Origin: an uncultured virus (IMG/VR IMGVR_UViG_3300017786_003062)
Lineage: Duplodnaviria > Heunggongvirae > Uroviricota > Caudoviricetes
Virus record (IMG/VR): IMGVR_UViG_3300017786_003062
Direction: 5' to 3' (one strand)
DNA: 20,000 nt
In this document: piece after piece, positions 1-8,741 of the stretch
How the letters are laid out: every line of letters begins with the position of its first letter
How positions within the stretch are numbered: position 1 is the first letter of the stretch
Notes under the pieces: generated by a model
What the model was told of the DNA's origin: nothing
Databases searched by the model: none
Seen by the model: the letters and a program-made list of their open reading frames with translations, nothing else
Translations under genes and position numbers: made by a program

Positions 1-191
1 GGTTTTACAAATCTAAACAAGTTAAGATCAGTATGCCAATCAGGATATTGAATTAAACAATGTATTGCACTTGCGTCAATTAACTTGTGTTTTCCGGCAC
101 TAATAGCTTCTTTTAATTTCTCAATAGACTGCGTAGTGTGCGGTCGAGCTACATAATCATTCTTTGCAATAGAGTCTTGAATCAACTTCAT
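1..191 (-). CDS. Hypothetical protein, N-terminal part only (runs off the left edge)
   Basis: Not in the ORF track; translated by hand. ATG at 191 opens a frame with no stop to the window edge (MKLIQDSIAKNDYVARPHTTQSIEKLKEAISAGKHKLIDASAIHCLIQYPDWHTDLNLFRFVK...). A GGAAAG purine tract lies upstream, and the gene is divergent from the dehydrogenase gene. Confidence 0.7.
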   Translation of the reverse strand, partial: MKLIQDSIAKNDYVARPHTTQSIEKLKEAISAGKHKLIDASAIHCLIQYPDWHTDLNLFRFVK

Positions 192-204
192 GTGTTTAAC
201 TTTC

Positions 205-226
205 CATAAATACTACTATATTTATG
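205..226. promoter_or_regulatory. Perfect 8-bp inverted repeat CATAAATA-N6-TATTTATG; putative pair of divergent T4-late-like (TATAAATA-type) promoters
   Basis: CATAAATA at 205-212 (+) and its reverse complement at 219-226, inside the short divergent intergenic gap. Each copy is a 7/8 match to the T4 gp55 late consensus TATAAATA and points toward one of the two flanking genes. Confidence 0.5.
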
Positions 227-252
227 TACGTATATAATGATTGGAGATCATA

Positions 253-1425
253 GTGAAGATTGGATTTATTGGTATAGGAAAACTTGGGTTACCTTGTGCA
301 GAAGTTATTGCCGAAAAGGGGAATGATGTAACAGGGTATGATGTTGCTAATGTTAAAAGCGACAAAGTAACAGTTTGTTCTAGTATCAAAGAAGCTGTTA
401 AGGATAGAAATATTGTATTCATTGCAGTACCTACTCCACATCATCCAGACTATGATGGCAAAGCACCTACGGCTCATTTAGAACCTAAAGACTTTGGATA
501 CGACATTGTAATTGATTGCATACGTGAAGCAAACATGCATATGAATAAAGATCAATTACTTGTATTAATTAGTACAGTATTACCAGGCACAGTACGTAGA
601 GAATTTGCACCACTAGTAACTAATACTAGATTTGTTTATAATCCTTATTTGATTGCTATGGGTACAGTAGCTTGGGATATGGTTAATCCTGAAATGATTA
701 TGATTGGTACAGACGATGGAAGTACTACAGGTGATGCAAAAGAATTAGTAGACTTTTACAAAACTATAATGGAAAACGATCCACGTTATGAAATTGGTAC
801 GTGGGACGAGTGCGAATGTATCAAAGTATTTTACAATACATTTATTAGTGCAAAAATTGGATTAGTTAATATGATACAAGATGTTGCAGAAAAGCAAGGA
901 CACATTAATGTTGATGTAGTAACTAATGCACTTGCCAAAAGTGATCAGCGTATTATGGGTCCAAGTTATATGAAAGCAGGAATGGGCGACGGTGGAGCAT
1001 GTCATCCAAGAGATAATATAGCTCTACGCTACATGGCTCAAAATTTGGGGTTGCAATATGACATATTTGATGCTATAATGAATGCAAGAGAAGTGCAGGC
1101 TAAAAATATGGCAAATTATTTGATTAAGATTGCTGAGGAGCGATCTTTACCTATTTTGTTAAATGGCATTGCATATAAACCAGGAGTACCATATACTGAC
1201 GGAAGTTATAGTTTGTTAGTAGGACATTATTGTAAAGAAGCAGGCTATCATTGTATTGAAGTTGATCCAATGGCTAGTCCACAACGTGGTCCTTTTACAG
1301 CCGTAGCATTATTAGCACATCCAACTCTTTACTGTTATCTTAGTGAAGGAAGTGTTGTAGTTGATCCTTGGAGAGAGTTCGAGTCTAAAAAGTTAGAAGT
1401 ATTCCATTATGGAAACACACGATGA
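253..1425 (+). CDS. UDP-glucose/GDP-mannose dehydrogenase family protein (divergent)
   Basis: Rossmann motif KIGFIGIGKLG, then FIAVPTP, STVLPGT, YNPY, the K..YN helix and the catalytic Cys motif GGACHPRD. The start is more likely GTG 253 (GGAG at 243-246, 6-nt spacing) than TTG 241. Confidence 0.9.
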   Translation: MKIGFIGIGKLGLPCAEVIAEKGNDVTGYDVANVKSDKVTVCSSIKEAVKDRNIVFIAVPTPHHPDYDGKAPTAHLEPKDFGYDIVIDCIREANMHMNKDQLLVLISTVLPGTVRREFAPLVTNTRFVYNPYLIAMGTVAWDMVNPEMIMIGTDDGSTTGDAKELVDFYKTIMENDPRYEIGTWDECECIKVFYNTFISAKIGLVNMIQDVAEKQGHINVDVVTNALAKSDQRIMGPSYMKAGMGDGGACHPRDNIALRYMAQNLGLQYDIFDAIMNAREVQAKNMANYLIKIAEERSLPILLNGIAYKPGVPYTDGSYSLLVGHYCKEAGYHCIEVDPMASPQRGPFTAVALLAHPTLYCYLSEGSVVVDPWREFESKKLEVFHYGNTR

Positions 1426-2330
1426 AGAAAATTTTAATTGTTGGTGACAGTAATGCACTAGGTGAGTGGGGAACTATTATTCCAGGACCTGCTTGTGCAA
1501 ATCCTAAACACCCAGAACTATTTCAACCGTGGAATAAAGACAAATATTTAGAAGGTTCTGCACCTAAGCCTTTTCAAGTTGTATGGCCAGGATTTGGTTA
1601 CAACTTAGATCAAATGGGTCATGCTACTGCCAACTATGCGTTTGGTGGATCAGGTAACTTTGAAGCAATTTTTAAAGTTGAAGAAGCATTAGGTCTTGCA
1701 CCTTGTTTTACTAGTCCAGTATTTTATAAACCTGATTTAATCATATGGATGCTTACTGAGCCTTGTAGAGATTTAAAAAGAAGTTTATGGCCAGATGAAG
1801 CAGGACTATATGACTTGCAAAAGTATTACGATCAAAGCGAAGATAAAATTAAAAATGCTAATAGCATTAAAGAGATAAGTGATGAATTACTTACAATAGC
1901 ATTAGATGGCGCACAAGCAATTTACGAGCAAACAGGTATACCTTGGTTAGTAATTGAAGGTTGGGGTAAACTACCTAAAGATATTAGTAAGTATACTTTT
2001 ATAAAATATGTACATCGTGAGTGGATGGATAAAATAATAGGAAGACCAGTACCATTAATTAGTAGTTGGGGTACAGCAGAAAATGTTCGTAGACGTAGAC
2101 CAGACCTAACAGAAAATGCGGCAGAGAGTTTACGTATGTTTGCTAGACAAAAACCTGAACTTAATATTCCTCATATACCAGAAGGTGAAGATACAGAGTT
2201 TAAAACTATAGTTGACGAATACGAAAAAGTAATTAAAATTATGACAGACAGCGACAGGTTCCCAGATAACTGTCATGTAGATAGATTAATACAAGAGGAA
2301 CTAGCTAACGAGATAGCACCACATGTATGA
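1422..2330 (+). CDS. SGNH/GDSL-fold hydrolase or acyltransferase-like protein
   Basis: N-terminal ILIVGDS (block I), NYAFGGSGN (block II) and C-terminal DNCH (DxxH, block V). ATGA overlap with the upstream gene. Confidence 0.65.
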   Translation: MKKILIVGDSNALGEWGTIIPGPACANPKHPELFQPWNKDKYLEGSAPKPFQVVWPGFGYNLDQMGHATANYAFGGSGNFEAIFKVEEALGLAPCFTSPVFYKPDLIIWMLTEPCRDLKRSLWPDEAGLYDLQKYYDQSEDKIKNANSIKEISDELLTIALDGAQAIYEQTGIPWLVIEGWGKLPKDISKYTFIKYVHREWMDKIIGRPVPLISSWGTAENVRRRRPDLTENAAESLRMFARQKPELNIPHIPEGEDTEFKTIVDEYEKVIKIMTDSDRFPDNCHVDRLIQEELANEIAPHV

Positions 2331-2994
2331 TATTGTTTTTATAAGTTACGGTGAAGCAAACGCTGATAGTAATTGGGATAAACTTAAACAACAATATCCG
2401 ATGGCAAAGCGTGTTAAAGATGTTAAAGGAATTCACCAAGCACACGTAGCAGGTGCTAAAAAATGTTTTACAAAAATGTTTTGGGTTGTAGATGGTGACG
2501 CCCAGATAGTAGACGATTTTAAATTTGATCACGAAGTTAGTAGTTACGATTTAGATTGTGTTCATGTGTGGAGAGCAAGAAATCCTGTTAACGGATTAGA
2601 GTATGGATATGGTGGAGTTAAGTTATTACCACGTATGCTTACACTAAAGATGGACACTACAACAAATGATATGACTACTAGTATTAGTGATAAATTTAAA
2701 GCAATGCCAGAAGTTAGTAACATTACTGCGTTCAACACAGATCCATTAAGTACATGGCGTGGTGCGTTTAGAGAATGTGCAAAGCTGGCAAGTAAAACAA
2801 TACAAGGACAACTAGAGGAAGAAACAAATGAACGACTTAAAACTTGGACTACTCATGCTGATGGAATACATAGTAGATATGCGTTACGAGGTGCTAATGC
2901 TGGTATGCAGTTTGGCCTTTCTGACGGCGCTGATTTGGGGTTAATAAACGATTTTGAATGGTTAGAACTACAGTATGCAAACGATTCCTTTTAA
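2323..2994 (+). CDS. Putative GT-A fold glycosyltransferase-like protein
   Basis: N-terminal DIVFISY strand, a DxD motif after a hydrophobic strand (FWVVDGD) and GYGGVKL. It lies two genes downstream of a nucleotide-sugar dehydrogenase. Confidence 0.55.
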   Translation: MYDIVFISYGEANADSNWDKLKQQYPMAKRVKDVKGIHQAHVAGAKKCFTKMFWVVDGDAQIVDDFKFDHEVSSYDLDCVHVWRARNPVNGLEYGYGGVKLLPRMLTLKMDTTTNDMTTSISDKFKAMPEVSNITAFNTDPLSTWRGAFRECAKLASKTIQGQLEEETNERLKTWTTHADGIHSRYALRGANAGMQFGLSDGADLGLINDFEWLELQYANDSF

Positions 2995-3934
2995 TAACAT
3001 AACGTCTTTAGGACAAAAAACAATGTTAGACAATCCGTTGTTTAATGTTAGTTGGATACTTGGACGTTTTTGTAATTATAAATGTAGCTACTGTTGGCCT
3101 TATGCAAATACAGATAAGCCTGACCATCAAGAATTAAGTTTATATAAAAGTACTATTGATGAAATAAAAAGTCAAGCAAGAGACAATGGGTATACACAAT
3201 TTCATTTTAGTTTTAGCGGAGGAGAACCAACAGCATATAAAGACTTTGGGGAGCTCATAGAGCATTACTGTAGTGATACAGCACCAGAATATCAAAGTTT
3301 ACATATGACTACAAATTTATCACCAGGAAGTAAATGGTGGAACAAATGGTTAGAAGCAACTAAAGGATTACAACGTAGAAGTATTACAGCAAGTTTCCAT
3401 GCAGAGTTTGCAAATGAACAAGAGTTTGGAGACAAGTGTTTACAACTTATGAAAGAAGGAGTACTAGTAACAATCAATCAAGTTATGGTACCCGATCTAT
3501 GGAAGGAATATTATGAAAGATCATTACGATTTATTGATAGAGGAATACATGTTACTCTTAAGCCACAAAGCGACCCAACTGCGTCATTTGTGGTCAGTGG
3601 TTACACGGAAGAACAAACAAAAATCCTACAAACAGAATCAGAGCAACAAACCGCACAAGTTAGGCTCAAAGCAAATGATGGAATAGAATACGAACTTGAC
3701 CAAGCAGAAAGATTAAATGCATTTGGCTTTAATAAGTTTAAAGGCTGGACTTGTAACGCAGGATATCAAAGTTGCATCATACGTGGCGATGAAGTTAAAA
3801 GAGCTTACAGTTGTAGCGATGAACCTCTAGGTACGCTTAAAGACGGTTTTACGCTGTTTAAGACACCATCTAAGTGTGTAACTGATACGTGTGTTAGTAG
3901 TGCAGATAATAAAATACCAAAGGTACAACTATGA
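2975..3934 (+). CDS. Radical SAM protein, subfamily A, with C-terminal Cys-rich (twitch/SPASM-like) domain
   Basis: CNYKCSYC (CxxxCxxC), SFSGGEP, TTN; C-terminal CNAG...C...C...C. Confidence 0.92.
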   Translation: MQTIPFNNITSLGQKTMLDNPLFNVSWILGRFCNYKCSYCWPYANTDKPDHQELSLYKSTIDEIKSQARDNGYTQFHFSFSGGEPTAYKDFGELIEHYCSDTAPEYQSLHMTTNLSPGSKWWNKWLEATKGLQRRSITASFHAEFANEQEFGDKCLQLMKEGVLVTINQVMVPDLWKEYYERSLRFIDRGIHVTLKPQSDPTASFVVSGYTEEQTKILQTESEQQTAQVRLKANDGIEYELDQAERLNAFGFNKFKGWTCNAGYQSCIIRGDEVKRAYSCSDEPLGTLKDGFTLFKTPSKCVTDTCVSSADNKIPKVQL

Positions 3935-4245
3935 AGAAGTTATGGGAACGCTATAAGGCGCATGATAAAAAAGTAAAAGAAGCACAAGCAAACTTTAAAG
4001 TTTCTGATATAAAGAACAAATACGTTAGAGCATTGATGTGGATTTTTATGCTTAAATTTGTATGGGATATTACTACATTATTTGAAAAGTATTTGCCTAT
4101 GCCAACAGTATATAAAATACTAGGATTAGGATGGACAAAGTTAGGCTATTATGTGTTTTGGTTATTATGGTTTATATTCTTAGTAGTAGTATTATACAAT
4201 GTATTAGGTGAAGAAGCCTTTGATAAGTTAGTTAACGAATTATGA
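3931..4245 (+). CDS. Small membrane protein with 2 predicted TM segments
   Basis: Basic N-terminus and hydrophobic stretches ALMWIFMLKFVW and LGYYVFWLLWFIFLVVVLY. ATGA overlaps on both sides. Confidence 0.7.
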   Translation: MKKLWERYKAHDKKVKEAQANFKVSDIKNKYVRALMWIFMLKFVWDITTLFEKYLPMPTVYKILGLGWTKLGYYVFWLLWFIFLVVVLYNVLGEEAFDKLVNEL

Positions 4246-4853
4246 AAATAGATATTAAAGATATTAAGTTTTGGATGGACGCTATTCGTAACAGCGATGA
4301 CAGAAGCCGTACCTTAGAAAGTTTTTGGGGCGGACAGTTAGAATCTAAAACTTGGTTAGTTGATATTCTACAAGCAAAGGCTAAAACAATTAGTAATGCT
4401 AGTGTTGTTATACATGGCGGTTGGAATGGTGTGTTAGCAAATATGTTATTCAATAGTGATATTGGTATTAAACATATTACAAGTGTAGACCTTGATCCTG
4501 TTTGTAAAGAAATTGCAAGTACAGTAAACAAGCGTCAAGAGATGGAAGGTATGTTTGAAGCAGTTACAGCAGATATGTGTACTTACGAATATACAACTAG
4601 TCCTTATTTTGTTATTAATACAAGTTGCGAACATATTACACAAGAACAATATATGCAATGGTTAAATAATATACCAAAGGGTACAAAGATAATTTTACAA
4701 TCTAATAACTACACCGAGTTAGAAGAACATGTTAACTGTAGTGAAACGCTTGGCGAGTTTGAAAAGAAATCAAAGTTAAAAATTGAAGTTGCAAAAGAAT
4801 TAGAATTAACAAAATATAAACGATTTATGATTATAGGAACAAAAGATGTATAA
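4242..4853 (+). CDS. Class I SAM-dependent methyltransferase-like protein
   Basis: Motif I-like VVIHGGWNG, acidic end of strand 2 (SVDLD), TADM, and VINTSCEH in the motif IV region. Confidence 0.7.
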   Translation: MKIDIKDIKFWMDAIRNSDDRSRTLESFWGGQLESKTWLVDILQAKAKTISNASVVIHGGWNGVLANMLFNSDIGIKHITSVDLDPVCKEIASTVNKRQEMEGMFEAVTADMCTYEYTTSPYFVINTSCEHITQEQYMQWLNNIPKGTKIILQSNNYTELEEHVNCSETLGEFEKKSKLKIEVAKELELTKYKRFMIIGTKDV

Positions 4854-5844
4854 CTACGAAGATATTACATCAATACATTTAGAAGTTACAACAAGGTGCC
4901 AAGCAAGATGTCCTATGTGTCCAAGAAGGATCAATGGTGGACCTGAACTTGACAGTTTAGATCTTACAGAAATTAGTTACCAACAATTTACAAAATGGTT
5001 TCCTGTAAGTTTTGTACAACAATTAAAGTTTCTAAATATGTGTGGTAACTTAGGCGATCCTATTATGGCCAAAGACACACTAGGCATAATGCAATACCTA
5101 CGTAAGCACAATCCTTTTATGACCTTGCAAATGCACACTAACGGAAGTGCAAGAACTACTGATTGGTTTAAAAGTCTTGCAGATGTAGGAGTAAAAATTG
5201 TATTTGGTATTGACGGACTAGGAGATACTCATGCGTTATATAGAATTAGTACAAACTATGAGAAAATTTTAGAAAACGCACAAGCATTTATTGAAGCAGG
5301 TGGAGATGCAAGATGGGATATGCTTGTATTCAAACATAACGAACACCAAGTAAGTGCATGTGAACAATTAAGTAAAGACTTAGGCTTTAAAGGATTTAGT
5401 ATTAAGCATACTACACGTTTTAGAGATGGTAAGTTAGATGTAATTGATGACGACTATAATATTACGCATACACTATTACCATCACAAAAGAGTTTAGAAA
5501 TGATTGCTCCAGCAGAAAAAGCTAGGAACGAATCTATGCCAACTATTAATTGTAAAGCAGTTCAAGATAAACAAATGTATATTGCCGCAAACGGAAACGT
5601 TAGTCCTTGTTGTTGGTTAGATTTAGAATGGTTACCACAACACTCTCATTCAAGAATAGATTACATGACAAAAATTAAAGAATATCCTAATTTACACAAT
5701 CATTCATTTGAAGAGATTTTTGACAACGGCTTTTTTAACAAGATTAGTAGTTGTTGGACTAGTACTGGACTTAAAGAATGTTCAAAACAATGCGGAACGT
5801 TTGATAAACTAAACGCACAGTTTGAAAGGCATGAGCATGAGTAA
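4846..5844 (+). CDS. Radical SAM protein, subfamily B, with C-terminal twitch/SPASM domain
   Basis: CQARCPMC; CGNLGDP in place of GGEP; HTNG; FGIDG; C-terminal C...GNVSPCC...CSKQC. Confidence 0.92.
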   Translation: MYNYEDITSIHLEVTTRCQARCPMCPRRINGGPELDSLDLTEISYQQFTKWFPVSFVQQLKFLNMCGNLGDPIMAKDTLGIMQYLRKHNPFMTLQMHTNGSARTTDWFKSLADVGVKIVFGIDGLGDTHALYRISTNYEKILENAQAFIEAGGDARWDMLVFKHNEHQVSACEQLSKDLGFKGFSIKHTTRFRDGKLDVIDDDYNITHTLLPSQKSLEMIAPAEKARNESMPTINCKAVQDKQMYIAANGNVSPCCWLDLEWLPQHSHSRIDYMTKIKEYPNLHNHSFEEIFDNGFFNKISSCWTSTGLKECSKQCGTFDKLNAQFERHEHE

Positions 5845-7138
5845 AACATTTTGTCCTTTACCTTGGATACATTTAGCAACACGACCTAACGGTGACGTTA
5901 GAGTTTGTTGTACTGCTAATGCATCAGGTGCAGGGATAGAAGATGACAAAACAGTAGGGCTTGTTAAGAAAGACGGCATTGCTATGAATATGCGTGACCA
6001 TACTATTGAAGAAGTATGGAATAGTGAGCATATGCGTAACACAAGATTGCAAATGCTAAATGACCAAGTACCTGCAAGTTGTCGTAAATGTTTTGCAGAA
6101 GAAGAAAAGGGTATTGTAAGTAAGCGTCAATGGGAAACTAAAGTGTGGGAAAAGCGTTTAGACATTGATAGTATTGTAGAACAAACAGACGCAGACGGTA
6201 ACTTACCTGTTAACATTCCTTACTTTGATTTACGCCTTGGTAACTTGTGCCAATTAAAGTGCGTAATGTGTAGTCCACATGATTCAAGCAGTTGGATTAA
6301 AGAATGGAAACTACAAAAACCTAAATACAAAAACAAAGACTTAATTGCAGAACAAAGTTGGGATCAAGACTTTGATTATACTTGGTACAAGAAAGGATCC
6401 TTCCTTGATTCTATGAAAGACCAAGCACAACATATTAAAGAATTGTATTTTGCAGGAGGCGAACCTCTACTAATACCAGAGCATTATGCTATATTAGAGT
6501 TTATGGTTGATAACGGATTTAGTAAACATATTTGTATACGTTATAACAGTAATGGATTAGAATTACCTGATAAGTTATTTGCATTGTGGAAACATTTTGA
6601 GGAAGTAACATTTAATTTTAGTATTGATGCGTATGGAGATAAGAATGATTATATACGCTATCCAAGTAAATGGAAAGATATAAGTACAAACTTACATAAA
6701 TTAGATAAAGCAGGACCTAATATCAAAGTTAACATGGCCTGTGCAGTACAGTTGCTAAATGTAGCATATATACATGAACTTGCAGAGTGGAAAATCCAAC
6801 AGCAGTTTAATAATATTAACGTATTGCCGTTTGGTGGTGGGCTTATAGGTACACACTTAGTATACTTTCCGTCATACTTAAATATACGTGTGCTACCACA
6901 AGCATATAAACAGTTCGCTAAAGATAATATAGAACGGTTTATTGATAGCCAAAAATTTAATAGTGCTTGGAACGAACATGCAATGGGCAAAAGAAGATTT
7001 GAAGGATTAATAGAATATATGATGAGCGAAGATTGGTCAAATAAACTACCTCAACTACAAGATTATTTAAGAGTATTAGATGAACAACGTGGAACGGACT
7101 TTAGAAAAACGTTTCCCGAATTAGGAGAACACATATAA
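5837..7138 (+). CDS. N-terminal twitch-domain radical SAM protein (subfamily C)
   Basis: N-terminal FCPLPW...GDVRVCC...CRKC, internal CQLKCVMC, FAGGEP, FSIDA. Start is ATG 5837 or 5831 rather than TTG 5822. Confidence 0.92.
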   Translation: MSKTFCPLPWIHLATRPNGDVRVCCTANASGAGIEDDKTVGLVKKDGIAMNMRDHTIEEVWNSEHMRNTRLQMLNDQVPASCRKCFAEEEKGIVSKRQWETKVWEKRLDIDSIVEQTDADGNLPVNIPYFDLRLGNLCQLKCVMCSPHDSSSWIKEWKLQKPKYKNKDLIAEQSWDQDFDYTWYKKGSFLDSMKDQAQHIKELYFAGGEPLLIPEHYAILEFMVDNGFSKHICIRYNSNGLELPDKLFALWKHFEEVTFNFSIDAYGDKNDYIRYPSKWKDISTNLHKLDKAGPNIKVNMACAVQLLNVAYIHELAEWKIQQQFNNINVLPFGGGLIGTHLVYFPSYLNIRVLPQAYKQFAKDNIERFIDSQKFNSAWNEHAMGKRRFEGLIEYMMSEDWSNKLPQLQDYLRVLDEQRGTDFRKTFPELGEHI

Positions 7139-7785
7139 TGAATACCGAAAGAGCCTTACTATGGAATAGCCTATGTAATTTAGGCGACATGGTAAAACTA
7201 AAACTAAAAGTTAACGGGCATGAGCTTGTACAACAGTTAGAACAGTTTGAAGATAATTGGTGTCCTTATAACGCAAAAAAAGATACACACAACAACCGTT
7301 GGGGTTTACCTGTAACAAGTCATACAGGTGATGTAATGGACAACTATCATTTGAATAGCTTTGGCCATATGCAACGCTACCACGATGTTGAAATGAAAGA
7401 AGAAAACTTTACAACACCAACTGAAGTATACAAGAACATTCCGCAACTTGCAAGTCTTGTAGATGTATTTGCACCTGACATTGGTCGTGTACATTTACTT
7501 AGAGTTGATGAGGGAGGATTCTTTCCACCACATAGAGATTTTCCAGGAGTAGGTCCGGAGTACTTTAGATTACTAGTTACGTTTGGTAAATGCCAACCTG
7601 AGAACTATGCACATATACTAGATAAGAAACTAATTTATCCTGATCCAGAATATGTACATTTTATTAACTTCCAAAAAGAGCATAGTGTGTTTAGTTATAC
7701 TAACGGACTACATTCATTAATCCTTACAGTTAAACTAAATCAACGTACACACGATTTAATTATTAAGAATAGCATGAGCGAATGA
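7138..7785 (+). CDS. AspH-like (Asp/Asn beta-hydroxylase family) 2OG-Fe(II) dioxygenase
   Basis: GRVHLLRVDEGGFFPPHRD (HxD) and distal His in EHSVF. TAATG coupling to the upstream gene. Confidence 0.75.
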   Translation: MNTERALLWNSLCNLGDMVKLKLKVNGHELVQQLEQFEDNWCPYNAKKDTHNNRWGLPVTSHTGDVMDNYHLNSFGHMQRYHDVEMKEENFTTPTEVYKNIPQLASLVDVFAPDIGRVHLLRVDEGGFFPPHRDFPGVGPEYFRLLVTFGKCQPENYAHILDKKLIYPDPEYVHFINFQKEHSVFSYTNGLHSLILTVKLNQRTHDLIIKNSMSE

Positions 7786-8741
7786 AACTAGACTATCAAG
7801 ATAAAGCAAAAGAAGATTGGTTCTTAGTTAGTTGGACCTTAAGCAATAAGTGTAACTATCGGTGTTCTTATTGTCCAGACCATTTGCACAATGGAACAAC
7901 AGGACAACCTAAATGGGAAACTGTTAAAAACTTTGTTGAGAATTTTAAAGTACCTGCTAAAGAAATTTGTTATAGACTTAGTGGCGGAGAGCCTACGTAT
8001 TGGAAACACTTTATTGATCTTGCAAAACTTGTTAAAGAACAAGGACACACATTTAGTTTTGTTACAAACGGAAGTCAATCAGTTGAATACTTTAAAAAGA
8101 TAGATCCATATACTGATGGTATGCTTATAAGTTACCACCCAGAATATTCAAGTGCATCACACTTTGTAGAAATTGCAAATGCAACAACTTGTGAAATTAT
8201 TGTTAATTTAATGTTGCCACCAGGCAAAGAAGCATTTGACGAACAGTATAAAATAGCACAATACCTATATGATAGAACAGATAGGATGTCAATATATCCT
8301 AAAGTTATTTTAGATAAAACAGACGGAGAGCATATTACTAATACTGTATCTCCTTATAGTAACGAACAAAAACAAATAATTGGCCAGTGGCCATTTGCTA
8401 GAGAAGTTAACGATGATAAACTACATCGTGGCGATCTTAAACTTGACGAACAACCTATTACAGCAAACGATTTAATTATATCAGGAATGAATAACTTTGC
8501 TGGTTGGAAGTGTTGGGCAGGCATTGACGGAGTAAACGTAGATATGTGGGGTAACCTATATAGAGCAGATTGTCAATTTGGTGGCCCAATAGGAAATATG
8601 GAACGATATAGATTACCAACTGAGCCTATTACATGCGGAAAAACAGTATGCGGATGTTTGAGTGATATATACATACGGAAGGACCGTGGCAATGGACGAA
8701 GCAGAACTGAAAGAAGCATACCGACTGTTTTGGATGGTTAA
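7782..8741 (+). CDS. Radical SAM protein, subfamily A (paralog of 2975-3934)
   Basis: VSWTLSNKCNYRCSYC, LSGGEPT, VTNG, SYH; C-terminal GWKCWAG...C...CGKTVCGC. Confidence 0.92.
   Translation: MKLDYQDKAKEDWFLVSWTLSNKCNYRCSYCPDHLHNGTTGQPKWETVKNFVENFKVPAKEICYRLSGGEPTYWKHFIDLAKLVKEQGHTFSFVTNGSQSVEYFKKIDPYTDGMLISYHPEYSSASHFVEIANATTCEIIVNLMLPPGKEAFDEQYKIAQYLYDRTDRMSIYPKVILDKTDGEHITNTVSPYSNEQKQIIGQWPFAREVNDDKLHRGDLKLDEQPITANDLIISGMNNFAGWKCWAGIDGVNVDMWGNLYRADCQFGGPIGNMERYRLPTEPITCGKTVCGCLSDIYIRKDRGNGRSRTERSIPTVLDG

Noticed and set aside
233..238. TATAAT sigma70 -10 hexamer upstream of the dehydrogenase
   Set aside because: No TTGACA-like -35 at the proper spacing and no TGn extension, and the background is AT-rich. 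It cannot be excluded but is unsupported.
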